DNA from: Marmoricola sp. | GTDB taxonomy: Bacteria > Actinomycetota > Actinomycetes > Propionibacteriales > Nocardioidaceae | Assembly (NCBI GenBank): GCA_035689885.1 | Contig: DASSLA010000020.1 | Coordinates: 1-59,053, forward strand | Direction: 5' to 3' | DNA: 59,053 nucleotides | Shown here: positions 50,474-59,053 of the stretch, piece by piece | Numbering within the stretch: position 1 is the stretch's first letter | How the letters are laid out: the number at the start of each line of letters is the position of its first letter | Position numbers and translations under genes: made by a program | Notes under the pieces: generated by a model | What the model was told of the DNA's origin: nothing | The model's input: only the letters and a program-made list of their open reading frames with translations | Database searches by the model: none

Positions 50474-52951
50474 ATGGCTCGCCGATCCGCACCCCCGCCG
50501 GAGGACTTCGAGGAGCACATCGTCGACATCGACGTCGGCGACGAGATGCGCTCGAGCTTCCTGGAGTACGCCTACTCCGTCATCTACTCGCGCGCCCTGC
50601 CCGACGCACGCGACGGGCTGAAGCCGGTGCAGCGCCGGATCCTCTACGCGATGCACGACATGAACCTGCGTCCCGACCGCGGGCACGTGAAGAGCTCGCG
50701 CGTGGTCGGCGAGGTGATGGGCCGCTTCCACCCGCACGGTGACGGCGCGATCTACGACGCCCTGGTCCGGATGGCGCAGTCGTGGTCGATGCGGCTGCCC
50801 ACGGTGGACGGGCACGGCAACTTCGGCTCGCCGGACGACCCGCCCGCCGCGATGCGTTACACCGAGGCGCGGATGGCTCCCGCGGCGCTGGCGATGACCG
50901 GCTCCATCGACGAGGACACCGTCGACTTCCGGCCCAACTACGACGGGCGCGAGCTCGAGCCGTCGGTGCTGCCGGCCGCGATCCCCCACCTGGTGGTCAA
51001 CGGTGCCTCCGGCATCGCTGTCGGTATGGCCACCAACATCGCCCCGCACAACCTCGTCGAGGTGGTGCGGGCGCTGCGACACCTGATCAAGCACCCCGAG
51101 GCCGACCTCGACGCACTGATGCGGTTCGTGCCCGGGCCCGACCTGCCCACCGGCGGCAAGATCATCGGGCTCGACGGGGTGCGCGACGCCTACGAGTCCG
51201 GACGCGGCAGCTTCCGGATGCGCGCCACCGCCCGGATCGAGTCGGTCACGGCGCGCCGCAAGGGCATCGTCGTCACCGAGCTCCCGTACGGCGTGGGCAC
51301 CGAGCGCGTGATCGCGGCGATCAAGAAGCTGGTGCAGGGCAAGAAGCTGCAGGGCATCAGCGACGTCAAGGACCTCACCGACCGCGAGAAGGGCCTGCGG
51401 CTGGTGATCGAGGTCAAGAACGGGTTCCACCCCGAGGCGATCCTCGAGCAGCTCTACAGGAGCACCCCGATGGAGGAGTCGTTCGGCATCAACGCGGTCG
51501 CGCTGGTCGACGGCCAGCCGCGCACGCTGGGGCTCAAGCAGATGCTGGAGGTGTTCCTCGACCACCGCTTCGACGTCGTACGCCGGCGCTCGAACTTCCG
51601 CCGCGGCAAGGCGGCCGACCGGCTGCACCTCGTCGAGGGACTGTTGCTGGCGATCCTCGACATCGACGAGGTCATCCAGCTGATCCGCTCCAGCGACAAT
51701 GCCGAGCAGGCCCGCGAGCGACTGATGAGCGTCTTCGACCTCACCGAGGTGCAGGCCAACTACATCCTCGACATGCCGCTGCGCCGGCTGACGAAGTTCT
51801 CCAAGATCGAGCTGGACAAGGAGGCCGACGAGCTGCGTCGCACCATCGAGCAGCTCGACGAGATCCTCGGCGACGAGCAGCGCCTGCGGGCGGTGGTCTC
51901 CGAGGAGCTGGCGGAGGTGGCCAAGACCTACGGCACCCCGCGGCGCACGGTGCTGCTGGAGTCCTCCGGGCAGACCACGACCGCGGCCTCGACGCCGCTC
52001 GAGGTGGCCGACGACCCCTGCTACGTCCTGCTCTCCTCCTCGGGGCTGCTGGCGCGCACCACCAGCCTCGACCTCCCCGGCGACGGCGGTGGCCGCACCC
52101 GCCACGACGTGGTCGTCTCCGCCGTCGCGAGCACGGCGCGCGGCGAGGTTGGGGTGGTCACCAGCGCCGGTCGCGTGGTCAAGCTCGGCGTCCTCGACCT
52201 GCCGACGCTGCCCAGCACGGCCAACCACCCCAACCTGCAGGGCGGGGCACCGGTTGGCGAGTTCATCACCCTCGACGGCGAGCGGGCGCTGTGCCTGACC
52301 GGGTTCGACACCGACTCCCCCGGGCTCGCCCTCGGCACCCGCCAGGGCGTGGTCAAGCGGGTCAACGCCGAGTACCTCGCCAACAAGGACGACTGGCAGG
52401 TGATCGCGCTCAAGGACGGTGACGAGGTCGTCGGCGCCACCGAGCTGCGCACCGGCGAGGAGTCCCTGTGCTTCGTGACCAGCGAGGGGCAGCTGTTGCA
52501 CTTCGCGGCCTCCAACGTGCGCCCGCAGGGGCGCGCGGGCGGCGGCGTCGCGGGCGTCAAGCTCGGCAACGGAGCGCGGGTGGTGTCGTTCACCGCCGTC
52601 GACCCCGTCGAGTCCGTGCTCGTCTCGGTCTCCGGCTCCAGCTCGGCGCTGCCCGGCACGGAGACCGGCTCGGTCAAGGTGACGCCGTTCACCGAGTACC
52701 CCACCAAGGGACGGGCCACCGGCGGGGTGCGCTGCCACCGGTTCCTCAAGGGCGAGGACGTGCTGGTGTTCGCGTGGGCGGGTGCCACCCCCGCCCGGGC
52801 GGCAGCCGACTCCGGCGCCCCGGTCGACCTGCCCGAGCCCGTGGCGCGGCGGGACGGCTCCGGTGTCCCGGGCAGCCAGCCGATCGCGGCGGTCGCCGGG
52901 CCCGTCTCCAGCGCGCTGGCGGGGTCGGCGCCGCCGGACGTGGCAGGCTGA
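50474..52951 (+). CDS. parC: DNA topoisomerase IV subunit A
   Basis: [38 protein letters not shown]; not adjacent to a gyrB; convergent with parE. Confidence 0.92.
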   Translation: MARRSAPPPEDFEEHIVDIDVGDEMRSSFLEYAYSVIYSRALPDARDGLKPVQRRILYAMHDMNLRPDRGHVKSSRVVGEVMGRFHPHGDGAIYDALVRMAQSWSMRLPTVDGHGNFGSPDDPPAAMRYTEARMAPAALAMTGSIDEDTVDFRPNYDGRELEPSVLPAAIPHLVVNGASGIAVGMATNIAPHNLVEVVRALRHLIKHPEADLDALMRFVPGPDLPTGGKIIGLDGVRDAYESGRGSFRMRATARIESVTARRKGIVVTELPYGVGTERVIAAIKKLVQGKKLQGISDVKDLTDREKGLRLVIEVKNGFHPEAILEQLYRSTPMEESFGINAVALVDGQPRTLGLKQMLEVFLDHRFDVVRRRSNFRRGKAADRLHLVEGLLLAILDIDEVIQLIRSSDNAEQARERLMSVFDLTEVQANYILDMPLRRLTKFSKIELDKEADELRRTIEQLDEILGDEQRLRAVVSEELAEVAKTYGTPRRTVLLESSGQTTTAASTPLEVADDPCYVLLSSSGLLARTTSLDLPGDGGGRTRHDVVVSAVASTARGEVGVVTSAGRVVKLGVLDLPTLPSTANHPNLQGGAPVGEFITLDGERALCLTGFDTDSPGLALGTRQGVVKRVNAEYLANKDDWQVIALKDGDEVVGATELRTGEESLCFVTSEGQLLHFAASNVRPQGRAGGGVAGVKLGNGARVVSFTAVDPVESVLVSVSGSSSALPGTETGSVKVTPFTEYPTKGRATGGVRCHRFLKGEDVLVFAWAGATPARAAADSGAPVDLPEPVARRDGSGVPGSQPIAAVAGPVSSALAGSAPPDVAG

Positions 52952-52955
52952 CGAC

Positions 52956-53672
52956 ATGGCCCTCCAGTCCACCCTGCAACGGCGCGCCGCAACCGTGCTG
53001 GCCGCGCTGCTGCTCCTGCTCGTCGCAGGGTGCGGCAGCTCGGACGACGACGAGACCCCGGAGCAGTCGCCGGCCCAGGTGATGGAGCAGGCCAAGAGGC
53101 ACTTCGACGAGGCGGCCAGCGTGCACATCTCGCTGTCCACCGAGTCGACCCCGTCGTCCGGGAACGGTGTACTCGCCGCGACCGGCACGGTCACCCGGGA
53201 CCCCGCGTTCGAGGGGGACGTCAAGGTGATCCTCAACGGGCTCACCGCCACGGTGCCGGTGACGTCGGTGGGCGGGAAGGTCTACGCCCAGCTGCCACTG
53301 CAGACCAAGTTCTCCGTGATCGACCCGGCGGAGTACGGCGCCCCCGACCCGGCGGACTTCGCCGACCCGCAGAACGGCCTCTCCGCCCTGCTCACCAAGA
53401 TGGAGGGGCTGGAGAAGGGCAAGGAGACCCGGTCCGGCGACCAGATCCTGACCAGCTACTCCGGCACCGTCCCGGGCGCCGCGGTGAAGCGCATCATCCC
53501 CAGCGCGGACGCCGAGGCCGACTACGACACCACCGTCGGTGTCGACGAGGACGGCCGCGCCAGGACAGTGAAGGTGACCGGCACGTTCTTCAGCGGGACG
53601 AGCGACACCACCTACGACGTGAAGTTCGACCGCTACGGCCAGAAGGTCGAGATCACGCCTCCGACGAGCTGA
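52956..53672 (+). CDS. LppX/LprAFG family lipoprotein
   Basis: Lipobox VAGC; A..HFDEAASVHI, GGKVYA, DPQNGLSALL, Y.QKVEITPP. Confidence 0.82.
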   Translation: MALQSTLQRRAATVLAALLLLLVAGCGSSDDDETPEQSPAQVMEQAKRHFDEAASVHISLSTESTPSSGNGVLAATGTVTRDPAFEGDVKVILNGLTATVPVTSVGGKVYAQLPLQTKFSVIDPAEYGAPDPADFADPQNGLSALLTKMEGLEKGKETRSGDQILTSYSGTVPGAAVKRIIPSADAEADYDTTVGVDEDGRARTVKVTGTFFSGTSDTTYDVKFDRYGQKVEITPPTS

Positions 53673-53685
53673 CCGGGGCCTCACG

Positions 53686-55509
53686 ATGACCACCGGGTCC
53701 GTCGGCGGGCAGGCCGCCGACCCGTCCGCCCGTCCCCCACGCGCGGCTCGCCTCCTGCTCGGGCTCGCGGCCGTCGCGGTGATGTTCGCCGCCGCCGACA
53801 CCTACGTGGTGGTGCTCGCGCTGCCCGACATGATGGGCGCGGTCGGCCTCAGCGTCGACGAGCTGCAGCGGGCCGCACCGATCGTCAGTGGCTTCCTGCT
53901 GGGCTACGTCGCGATGCTGCCGCTGATCGGCCGGATCGCCGACCTGCGCGGCCGCACCCCCGTGCTGGTGGCCGCGCTCGTGCTCTTCGCCCTCGGCTCG
54001 CTGGTCACCGCGGCGGCGTACGACCTCGGCAGCCTGGTCGCCGGCCGCTTCCTGCAAGGGGTCGGCGGGGGTGGTCTCGTGCCGGTCACCCTGGCGCTCG
54101 TCGCGGACCTCTACCCCGCCGAGCGCCGCGGCGTCCCGCTGGGCGTGGTCGGCGCGGTCCAGGAGCTCGGCAGCGTCTTGGGCCCGCTCTTCGGCGCCGT
54201 GGTGCTCTCCGTGGGCGACTGGCGCGACATCTTCTGGATCAACCTCGCCGTCGGGCTCGTCCTCGCTGCCGCGATCACCACCCTTCGCCGCCAGACCCCG
54301 GATAGTAAGGAACGTTCGGGTCCTCCTGTCCGGCGTGTCGCGAACCCGAACGTTCCTTACTATCCGCGCGCCGGGTTCGACTGGGTCGGGTTGGTGCTGC
54401 TCGGGCTGGCGCTGACGGCCCTGCTGCTGGTGATGCGGCAGCCGCAGGGGCTGGTGACCTCGGTGACCTGGGGCGGGCCGTTCGTGCCGTTCACCGAGGG
54501 CGGCTCGATCTGGTTCTCCCCCGCCGGGCTGGTCACCGTGGTGCTGGCCGTCGCCCTGGTGGCCTGGCTGCTGCGAACGCGACGCCCGTTGGTGGACCTG
54601 CGGGACTGGTGGCGCTCGGTCCGGGAGGCCGACCTCGTCGGCGCCGGGCTGCTCTCGGTGGCGCTCGGCGGCATCATCCTGGCCTTCGCGACCGCCGACC
54701 CCGAGGTGCAGGTCTTCTCCCCCGCCGGCCCGTGGTACCTCGCGGTCGCCGCCGTCGCGGGCGCGCTCTTCGTGCTGCACAACCGCCGCTCCGGCGCTCC
54801 GCTCGTGCCCCACGGCGCTTTCGTACGCCGTCCCGCCTGGGGTGCGCTCCTGGTGAGCTTCTTCGTGGGCTCGGCCCTGATCGCCGCGCTGGTCGACATC
54901 CCGATCTTCGCCAGGCTGACCGTGGCGAGCGGCGACCAGCTCGAGGCGGCCCTCGTGCTCGTGGAGTTCCTGGTCGCGCTGCCGGTGGGTGCCCTCATCG
55001 GCGGCTGGCTGGTCCGCCGGATGCCCGCGGGCGCGATCACCGCCAGCGGGATGGTGCTCTCGGCCGTGGGCTTCTGGGTGATGTCCGGCTGGGGTCAGGA
55101 GTCGCTGGAGCACCTCGGCGCCTCCGGGGTGCTGGTGCTCACCGGTCTTGGCTTCGGGCTGGCCCTGGCCCCGGTGAACGCCGCCCTCCTCGCCTCCACC
55201 GCGGACGCCGTGCACGGGGTGGCCAGCGCGCTGCTGGTGGTCGCGCGGATGGTCGGGATGCTGGTCGGGATCTCCGCGCTCACCACCATCGGACTGCGGC
55301 GCTACTACGCCGTGGAGGCCGACATCCCCTCGCCCAACGAGGTCTGCGAGGGCGGTTCCACGCGGTGCGCGGAGTACACCCGGATGATCGCCGACGCCGG
55401 CATCGCCCAGCTGCACGCGATCTTCCTCGGCGCCGCGGTCTGTGCGGTGGTCGCGGCAGTGTTGGCGCTGGTGTGCTTCGCCGGTGCCCGCACCCGCGCT
55501 ACCACCTGA
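53686..55509 (+). CDS. MFS transporter, Rv1410c (P55)-like
   Basis: DTYVVV, GFLLGYVAMLPLIGRIADLRGR, ALVADLY, AVQELGSVLGP, VVARMVGMLVG; follows LprG-like gene. Confidence 0.87.
   Translation: MTTGSVGGQAADPSARPPRAARLLLGLAAVAVMFAAADTYVVVLALPDMMGAVGLSVDELQRAAPIVSGFLLGYVAMLPLIGRIADLRGRTPVLVAALVLFALGSLVTAAAYDLGSLVAGRFLQGVGGGGLVPVTLALVADLYPAERRGVPLGVVGAVQELGSVLGPLFGAVVLSVGDWRDIFWINLAVGLVLAAAITTLRRQTPDSKERSGPPVRRVANPNVPYYPRAGFDWVGLVLLGLALTALLLVMRQPQGLVTSVTWGGPFVPFTEGGSIWFSPAGLVTVVLAVALVAWLLRTRRPLVDLRDWWRSVREADLVGAGLLSVALGGIILAFATADPEVQVFSPAGPWYLAVAAVAGALFVLHNRRSGAPLVPHGAFVRRPAWGALLVSFFVGSALIAALVDIPIFARLTVASGDQLEAALVLVEFLVALPVGALIGGWLVRRMPAGAITASGMVLSAVGFWVMSGWGQESLEHLGASGVLVLTGLGFGLALAPVNAALLASTADAVHGVASALLVVARMVGMLVGISALTTIGLRRYYAVEADIPSPNEVCEGGSTRCAEYTRMIADAGIAQLHAIFLGAAVCAVVAAVLALVCFAGARTRATT
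54299..54366. repeat. Intragenic palindrome (23-bp perfect arms, CGGCGTGTCG in loop)
   Basis: CGGATAGTAAGGAACGTTCGGGT-N22-ACCCGAACGTTCCTTACTATCCG; AT-rich relative to host gene. Confidence 0.9.
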
Positions 55510-55515
55510 GCGCCA

Positions 55516-55571
55516 CCGACCGGGCAGTTCTGGTTGCCCTGAACCCGCCGACCGGGCAGTTCTGGTTGCCC
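55516..55571 (+). repeat. 32-bp-period REP-like array C (2 units)
   Basis: CCGACCGGGCAGTTCTGGTTGCCC at 55516 and 55548. Confidence 0.88.
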
Positions 55572-55629
55572 GGAGCAGGCCAGCGGGTCACGGACGCACG
55601 GGCACGGTCGATGCACGCAAGCGCGCAGG

Positions 55630-56127
55630 TCAGCCCAGCTGCTCGAGCAGACCCGTGTCGACGTCGTACAGGAATCCGCCCACCGCCACGGAGTCCGGGA
55701 TCAGGGGGTGGGAACGCACCTGCCTGAGGTCGTCGAGCAGCGCAGCTCGTTGATCGGAGACCACACCGAAGCTCTGCCACGACGCATCCTGGCCAGCGGA
55801 GTCGCCGACGCGGTCGCGCAGCTCTTCCAGCGTCGAGCTGGCCATCGCACACCGCGTGTGCGGGACCACCAGGACCCGCTCGACACGCAGCAGGTGCACG
55901 CCGAGCACGAGCGCCTCGAGTGCCTGGGGGGTGACCCGCCCGCCGGGGTTGCGGAAGATCTTCGCGTCCCCCGGCTTCAGCCCGAGCATCCCCAACGGGT
56001 CGATGCGGGAGTCCATGCAGGTGACGATGGCGATTCCCGCGTGGGCGACGCCGTCGAAGCCCGAGAGGTCGAACGTCTCGGCGAACCTGCGGTTGGCGGC
56101 GAGAAGGTCGTCGAAGTCGGAAGGCAC
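55630..56127 (-). CDS. Beta-class carbonic anhydrase
   Basis: TCMDSRID, RNPGG, HTRC, YDVDTGLL; TACGTT -10 before GTG 56127. Confidence 0.92.
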   Translation of the reverse strand: MPSDFDDLLAANRRFAETFDLSGFDGVAHAGIAIVTCMDSRIDPLGMLGLKPGDAKIFRNPGGRVTPQALEALVLGVHLLRVERVLVVPHTRCAMASSTLEELRDRVGDSAGQDASWQSFGVVSDQRAALLDDLRQVRSHPLIPDSVAVGGFLYDVDTGLLEQLG

Positions 56128-56199
56128 GGTCCGAACGTAGCGGCTGCGCGGCGCCTGGTGCATGTGACGTCGCCCACCGCGAGGTCGTCCGTGGGCCCC

Positions 56200-56285
56200 G
56201 CAACCAGAACTGCCCGCTCGGCGTACTTCGCGCAACCAGAACTTCCCGCTCGGCGGTCTGCAGGCAACCAGAACTGCCCGGTCAG
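56200..56285 (-). repeat. 32-bp-period REP-like array D (3 units, inverted relative to C)
   Basis: GCAACCAGAACT(G/T)CCCG at 56200, 56232, 56264. Confidence 0.88.
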
Positions 56286-56297
56286 CGCGGTGGACGC

Positions 56298-58376
56298 TCA
56301 GGCGTCGATGGCGTCCGCGTCGACCTCGTAGGCCCCGGCCACGATGAAGTCCTTGCGCGGTGCCACCTCGGTGCCCATCAGCAGCTCGAACACCTCGGCC
56401 GCCTCGGCCGCGTCGTCGGCGGTGATCCGGCGCAGCGTGCGATGGCGCGGGTCCATCGTGGTCTCGGCCAGCTGGTCGGCGTCCATCTCGCCGAGACCCT
56501 TGTAGCGCTGCACCGGGTCCTTCCAGCGCACGCCCTTCTTGGTGAGCTCAGCGAGCTTTCGTTGCAGCTCGGGGTCGGAGTAGGTGTAGACGTACTTGTC
56601 CATCCCCTTCTTGGGGTTGACCAGCTCGATCCGGTGCAACGGCGGGACGGCGGTGAACACCCGCCCGGCGGTGACCAGCTCGGGCATGTACTTGAAGAAG
56701 AGCGTCGCCAGCAGGCACCGGATGTGGGCGCCGTCGGAGTCGGCGTCGGCCATGAAGATGATCCGCCCGTAGCGCGCCGCCTCGAGGTCGAAGGTGCGAC
56801 CCGAGCCCGCGCCCACCACCTGGATGATCGTCGAGCACTCGGTGTTCTTGAGCATGTCGGCCACCGATGCCTTCTGCACGTTGAGGATCTTGCCCCGGAT
56901 CGGCAGCAGCGCCTGGAACTCCGAGTTGCGCGCCAGCTTGGCCGTGCCCAGCGCCGAGTCACCCTCCACGATGAACAGCTCGGAGCGCTCCACGTCGTTG
57001 GAGCGGCAGTCGGCCAGCTTGGCGGGCAGCGCGCTGGACTCCAGGGCGTTCTTGCGGCGCTGGGTCTCCTTCTGCTGCCGCAGTGTCAGGCGCGTCTTGG
57101 AGGCGCCCAGCACCTTCTCCATCAGCAGCTTGGCCTGGGCCTTCTCGGCGCGCTTGGTCGCGGTCAGGAACTTCTTCAGCTCCGTCGCCACCACCTTGCG
57201 TACGACGGTCCGGGCGGCCGGGGTGCCGAGCACCTCCTTGGTCTGGCCCTCGAACTGCGGCTCGGGCAGCCGCACCGTCACGACGGCGGTGAGCCCCTCG
57301 AGGATGTCGTCCTTGACCACGTCGGCGTCGTTGACCTTGAGCACCCGGGCACCGCGCATCGCCTCGTTGAAGGTGCGCGTGAGCGCGGCCTCGAAGCCCG
57401 CCACGTGGGTGCCGCCCTTGGGGGTGGCGATCACGTTGACGAACGAGCGCAGCTCGGTCTCGTAGCCGGTGTCCCAACGCACCGCGACGTCGACGACCAG
57501 CTCGCGCTCGACGTCCTGCGGCGTCATGTGCCCCTTGTCGTCGAGGAGCGGCACGGTCTCGGTGAAGGTGTCGGTGCCCTGCAGCCGGAGCACCTCGGTG
57601 ACGCCCTCGCCGTGGGAGAGGTATTCACAGAACTCCGAGATGCCGCCGTCGTGCTTGAACGTCTCACTGGGCGCGTCGCCCGTCTCGGTGTCCCTGCTGG
57701 CCTCGCGCAGGTCGGTGATCGTCAGCTCGAGGCCGGGCACGATGTAGGAGGTCTGGCGAGCGCGGGTGACCAGCTCGTCGTACCGGAAGTGGGCGTCCTT
57801 GGTGAAGATCTGCCGGTCGGGCCAGAACCGCACGCGGGTGCCGGTCTTGTTCCTGGCGACGCGCTTGCCCTTGGTCAGCCCGGAGCGCGGGGTGAACGCG
57901 GCGCCCGGCCCCTCCCCGTCGAAAGTGCCCGGGACCCCGCGCTGGAACGAGATGTGCTGGGTCGCCGGCGGGCGGTCCACCTCGATGTCGAGCCGCGAGG
58001 AGAGCGCGTTGACCACCGAGGCGCCCACGCCGTGCAGCCCACCGGTCGCGGCGTAGGAGCCACCACCGAACTTCCCGCCGGCGTGCAGCTTGGTGTAGAC
58101 CACCTCGACGCCGGAGAGCCCCGTCTTGGGCTCCTTGTCGACCGGGATGCCGCGGCCGTTGTCGTGCACCTCGGCGGAGCCGTCGTCGTGCAGCGTCACC
58201 TCGACCTTGGTCGCGTGGCCGCCGAGGGCCTCGTCGACGCCGTTGTCGATGATCTCCCAGAGGCAGTGCATCAGGCCCCGGGTGTCGGTGGAGCCGATGT
58301 ACATGCCCGGCCGCTTGCGCACGGCCTCGAGCCCCTCCAGGACGAGCAGGTGCTGGGCGTTGTAGGTGTTGTCGAT
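56298..58376 (-). CDS. parE: DNA topoisomerase IV subunit B
   Basis: LEGLEAVRKRPGMYIG, EIIDN, LHAGGKF, VEGDSA, PIRGKILN, DADSDG, YKGLGEM; start placed at ATC 58376 (ORF track TTG 58535). Confidence 0.93.
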   Translation of the reverse strand: MDNTYNAQHLLVLEGLEAVRKRPGMYIGSTDTRGLMHCLWEIIDNGVDEALGGHATKVEVTLHDDGSAEVHDNGRGIPVDKEPKTGLSGVEVVYTKLHAGGKFGGGSYAATGGLHGVGASVVNALSSRLDIEVDRPPATQHISFQRGVPGTFDGEGPGAAFTPRSGLTKGKRVARNKTGTRVRFWPDRQIFTKDAHFRYDELVTRARQTSYIVPGLELTITDLREASRDTETGDAPSETFKHDGGISEFCEYLSHGEGVTEVLRLQGTDTFTETVPLLDDKGHMTPQDVERELVVDVAVRWDTGYETELRSFVNVIATPKGGTHVAGFEAALTRTFNEAMRGARVLKVNDADVVKDDILEGLTAVVTVRLPEPQFEGQTKEVLGTPAARTVVRKVVATELKKFLTATKRAEKAQAKLLMEKVLGASKTRLTLRQQKETQRRKNALESSALPAKLADCRSNDVERSELFIVEGDSALGTAKLARNSEFQALLPIRGKILNVQKASVADMLKNTECSTIIQVVGAGSGRTFDLEAARYGRIIFMADADSDGAHIRCLLATLFFKYMPELVTAGRVFTAVPPLHRIELVNPKKGMDKYVYTYSDPELQRKLAELTKKGVRWKDPVQRYKGLGEMDADQLAETTMDPRHRTLRRITADDAAEAAEVFELLMGTEVAPRKDFIVAGAYEVDADAIDA

Positions 58377-58717
58377 GGTTCTGACCTCGTGGCGTGCTCG
58401 GCTTGGTGGCTGGGTGCCTGGCTGGACGGGGACGACGCCGGTGGGCGCGTGTCCGAATCTACCCAGCGCCTCCGACAGCCCGACGACGACGCGCCATGGG
58501 TCGCCTGCGCCCGGTCGCTTGTCCGGTGTGCTCAACTTGCTGGGAACGGGTACGAGCGGATGAGTTGAGCCATTTGCTCACGGAGCCACGAGCAGGAGGC
58601 GCACACTCAGCGCAGTGATGTGAGCAGGCCCACCCCGGGTCCAGGGGGTGGGAGGGTGACCATCGGGGAAGTATCCAGCGTGATTGGATGTTGTGACTGG
58701 CGAACGACCGGGGAGCA

Positions 58718-58743
58718 GGAACGATCTGGTTCCTCGGTCGTTG
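58718..58743 (+). promoter_or_regulatory. SigE/SigH-type ECF promoter embedded in a long hairpin
   Basis: GGAAC-N16-CGTTG upstream of GTG 58775. Confidence 0.5.
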
Positions 58744-58774
58744 GTAGTCACACGAGACGAGAGTGAGGCCCGAA

Positions 58775-59008
58775 GTGACAACTGCGACAGCCCCCAGCGC
58801 CGCACCGCTCACTGCGGTGGACCGGTGCGACCGATGCGGTGCCCAGGCCTACCTCCGCGTTCTCCTTCAGAGCGGCGGCGAGCTGCTCTTCTGCGCCCAC
58901 CACGCCCGCGAGCACGGTGACAAGCTCCGTGAGGTCGCCTCACACGTCCAGGACGAGACCGACAAGCTCTCCGACGACCGGTCCCCGGCCCCAGACCCCG
59001 AGATCTGA
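58775..59008 (+). CDS. Small actinobacterial zinc-finger protein (DUF7455-like)
   Basis: LTAVDRCDRCGAQAY...LLFCAHH; GAGG RBS before GTG. Confidence 0.85.
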   Translation: MTTATAPSAAPLTAVDRCDRCGAQAYLRVLLQSGGELLFCAHHAREHGDKLREVASHVQDETDKLSDDRSPAPDPEI

Positions 59009-59030
59009 GCCCAGAGCTGAGACTTCGCAC

Positions 59031-59053
59031 GAGGCCCCGGTCCCACTGGACCG
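59031..59053. terminator. Probable terminator hairpin (cut by window end)
   Basis: CGGTCC-CACT-GGACCG stem downstream of stop. Confidence 0.4.

Noticed and set aside
47793-53251. 942-aa and 952-aa ORFs antisense to the Pat-like gene and parC (and similar long antisense ORFs elsewhere)
   Set aside because: Mirror frames of strongly GC3-biased real genes.
50474-58376. Split, convergent parC and parE
   Set aside because: A similar separated arrangement is known in other actinomycetes; not novel.
58693-58720. ZTP (pfl) riboswitch resemblance GTGACTGGCGAA...CCGGGGAGC
   Set aside because: The required 3' hairpin/pseudoknot partner (CGCCTGGGC-like) is not found in the leader, the segment pairs as a simple hairpin, and the downstream gene is not purine/folate related.

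Overview
Very GC-rich actinobacterial chromosome segment, most consistent with Nocardioides/Nocardioidaceae (inferred from gene content and order). It is mostly core housekeeping genes: ligB, a fadA2-fabG4-htdX-like cluster, tesB, dxs, acnA, trkA x2, dut, suhB, hemH, sepH, tdk and convergent parC/parE. The non-routine signal is mainly non-coding. (1) A frameshifted AbiEi/DUF559(Vsr)-like nuclease gene is bracketed by 55-bp inverted self-hairpin repeats. Their CGACACGCCG core recurs in a perfect palindrome inserted in-frame in an MFS gene. (2) Four 32-bp-period REP-like arrays occur as two inverted pairs. (3) A 600-bp intergenic region holds a cluster of nested hairpins. (4) A leaderless Cys-rich uORF with an attenuator-like stem precedes an unknown gene. 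(5) parE probably starts at a non-canonical ATC codon. (6) LexA-, PafBC-, TamR- and SigH/SigE-type sites are recognisable. All calls come from reading the sequence and recalling family motifs; no searches were run.
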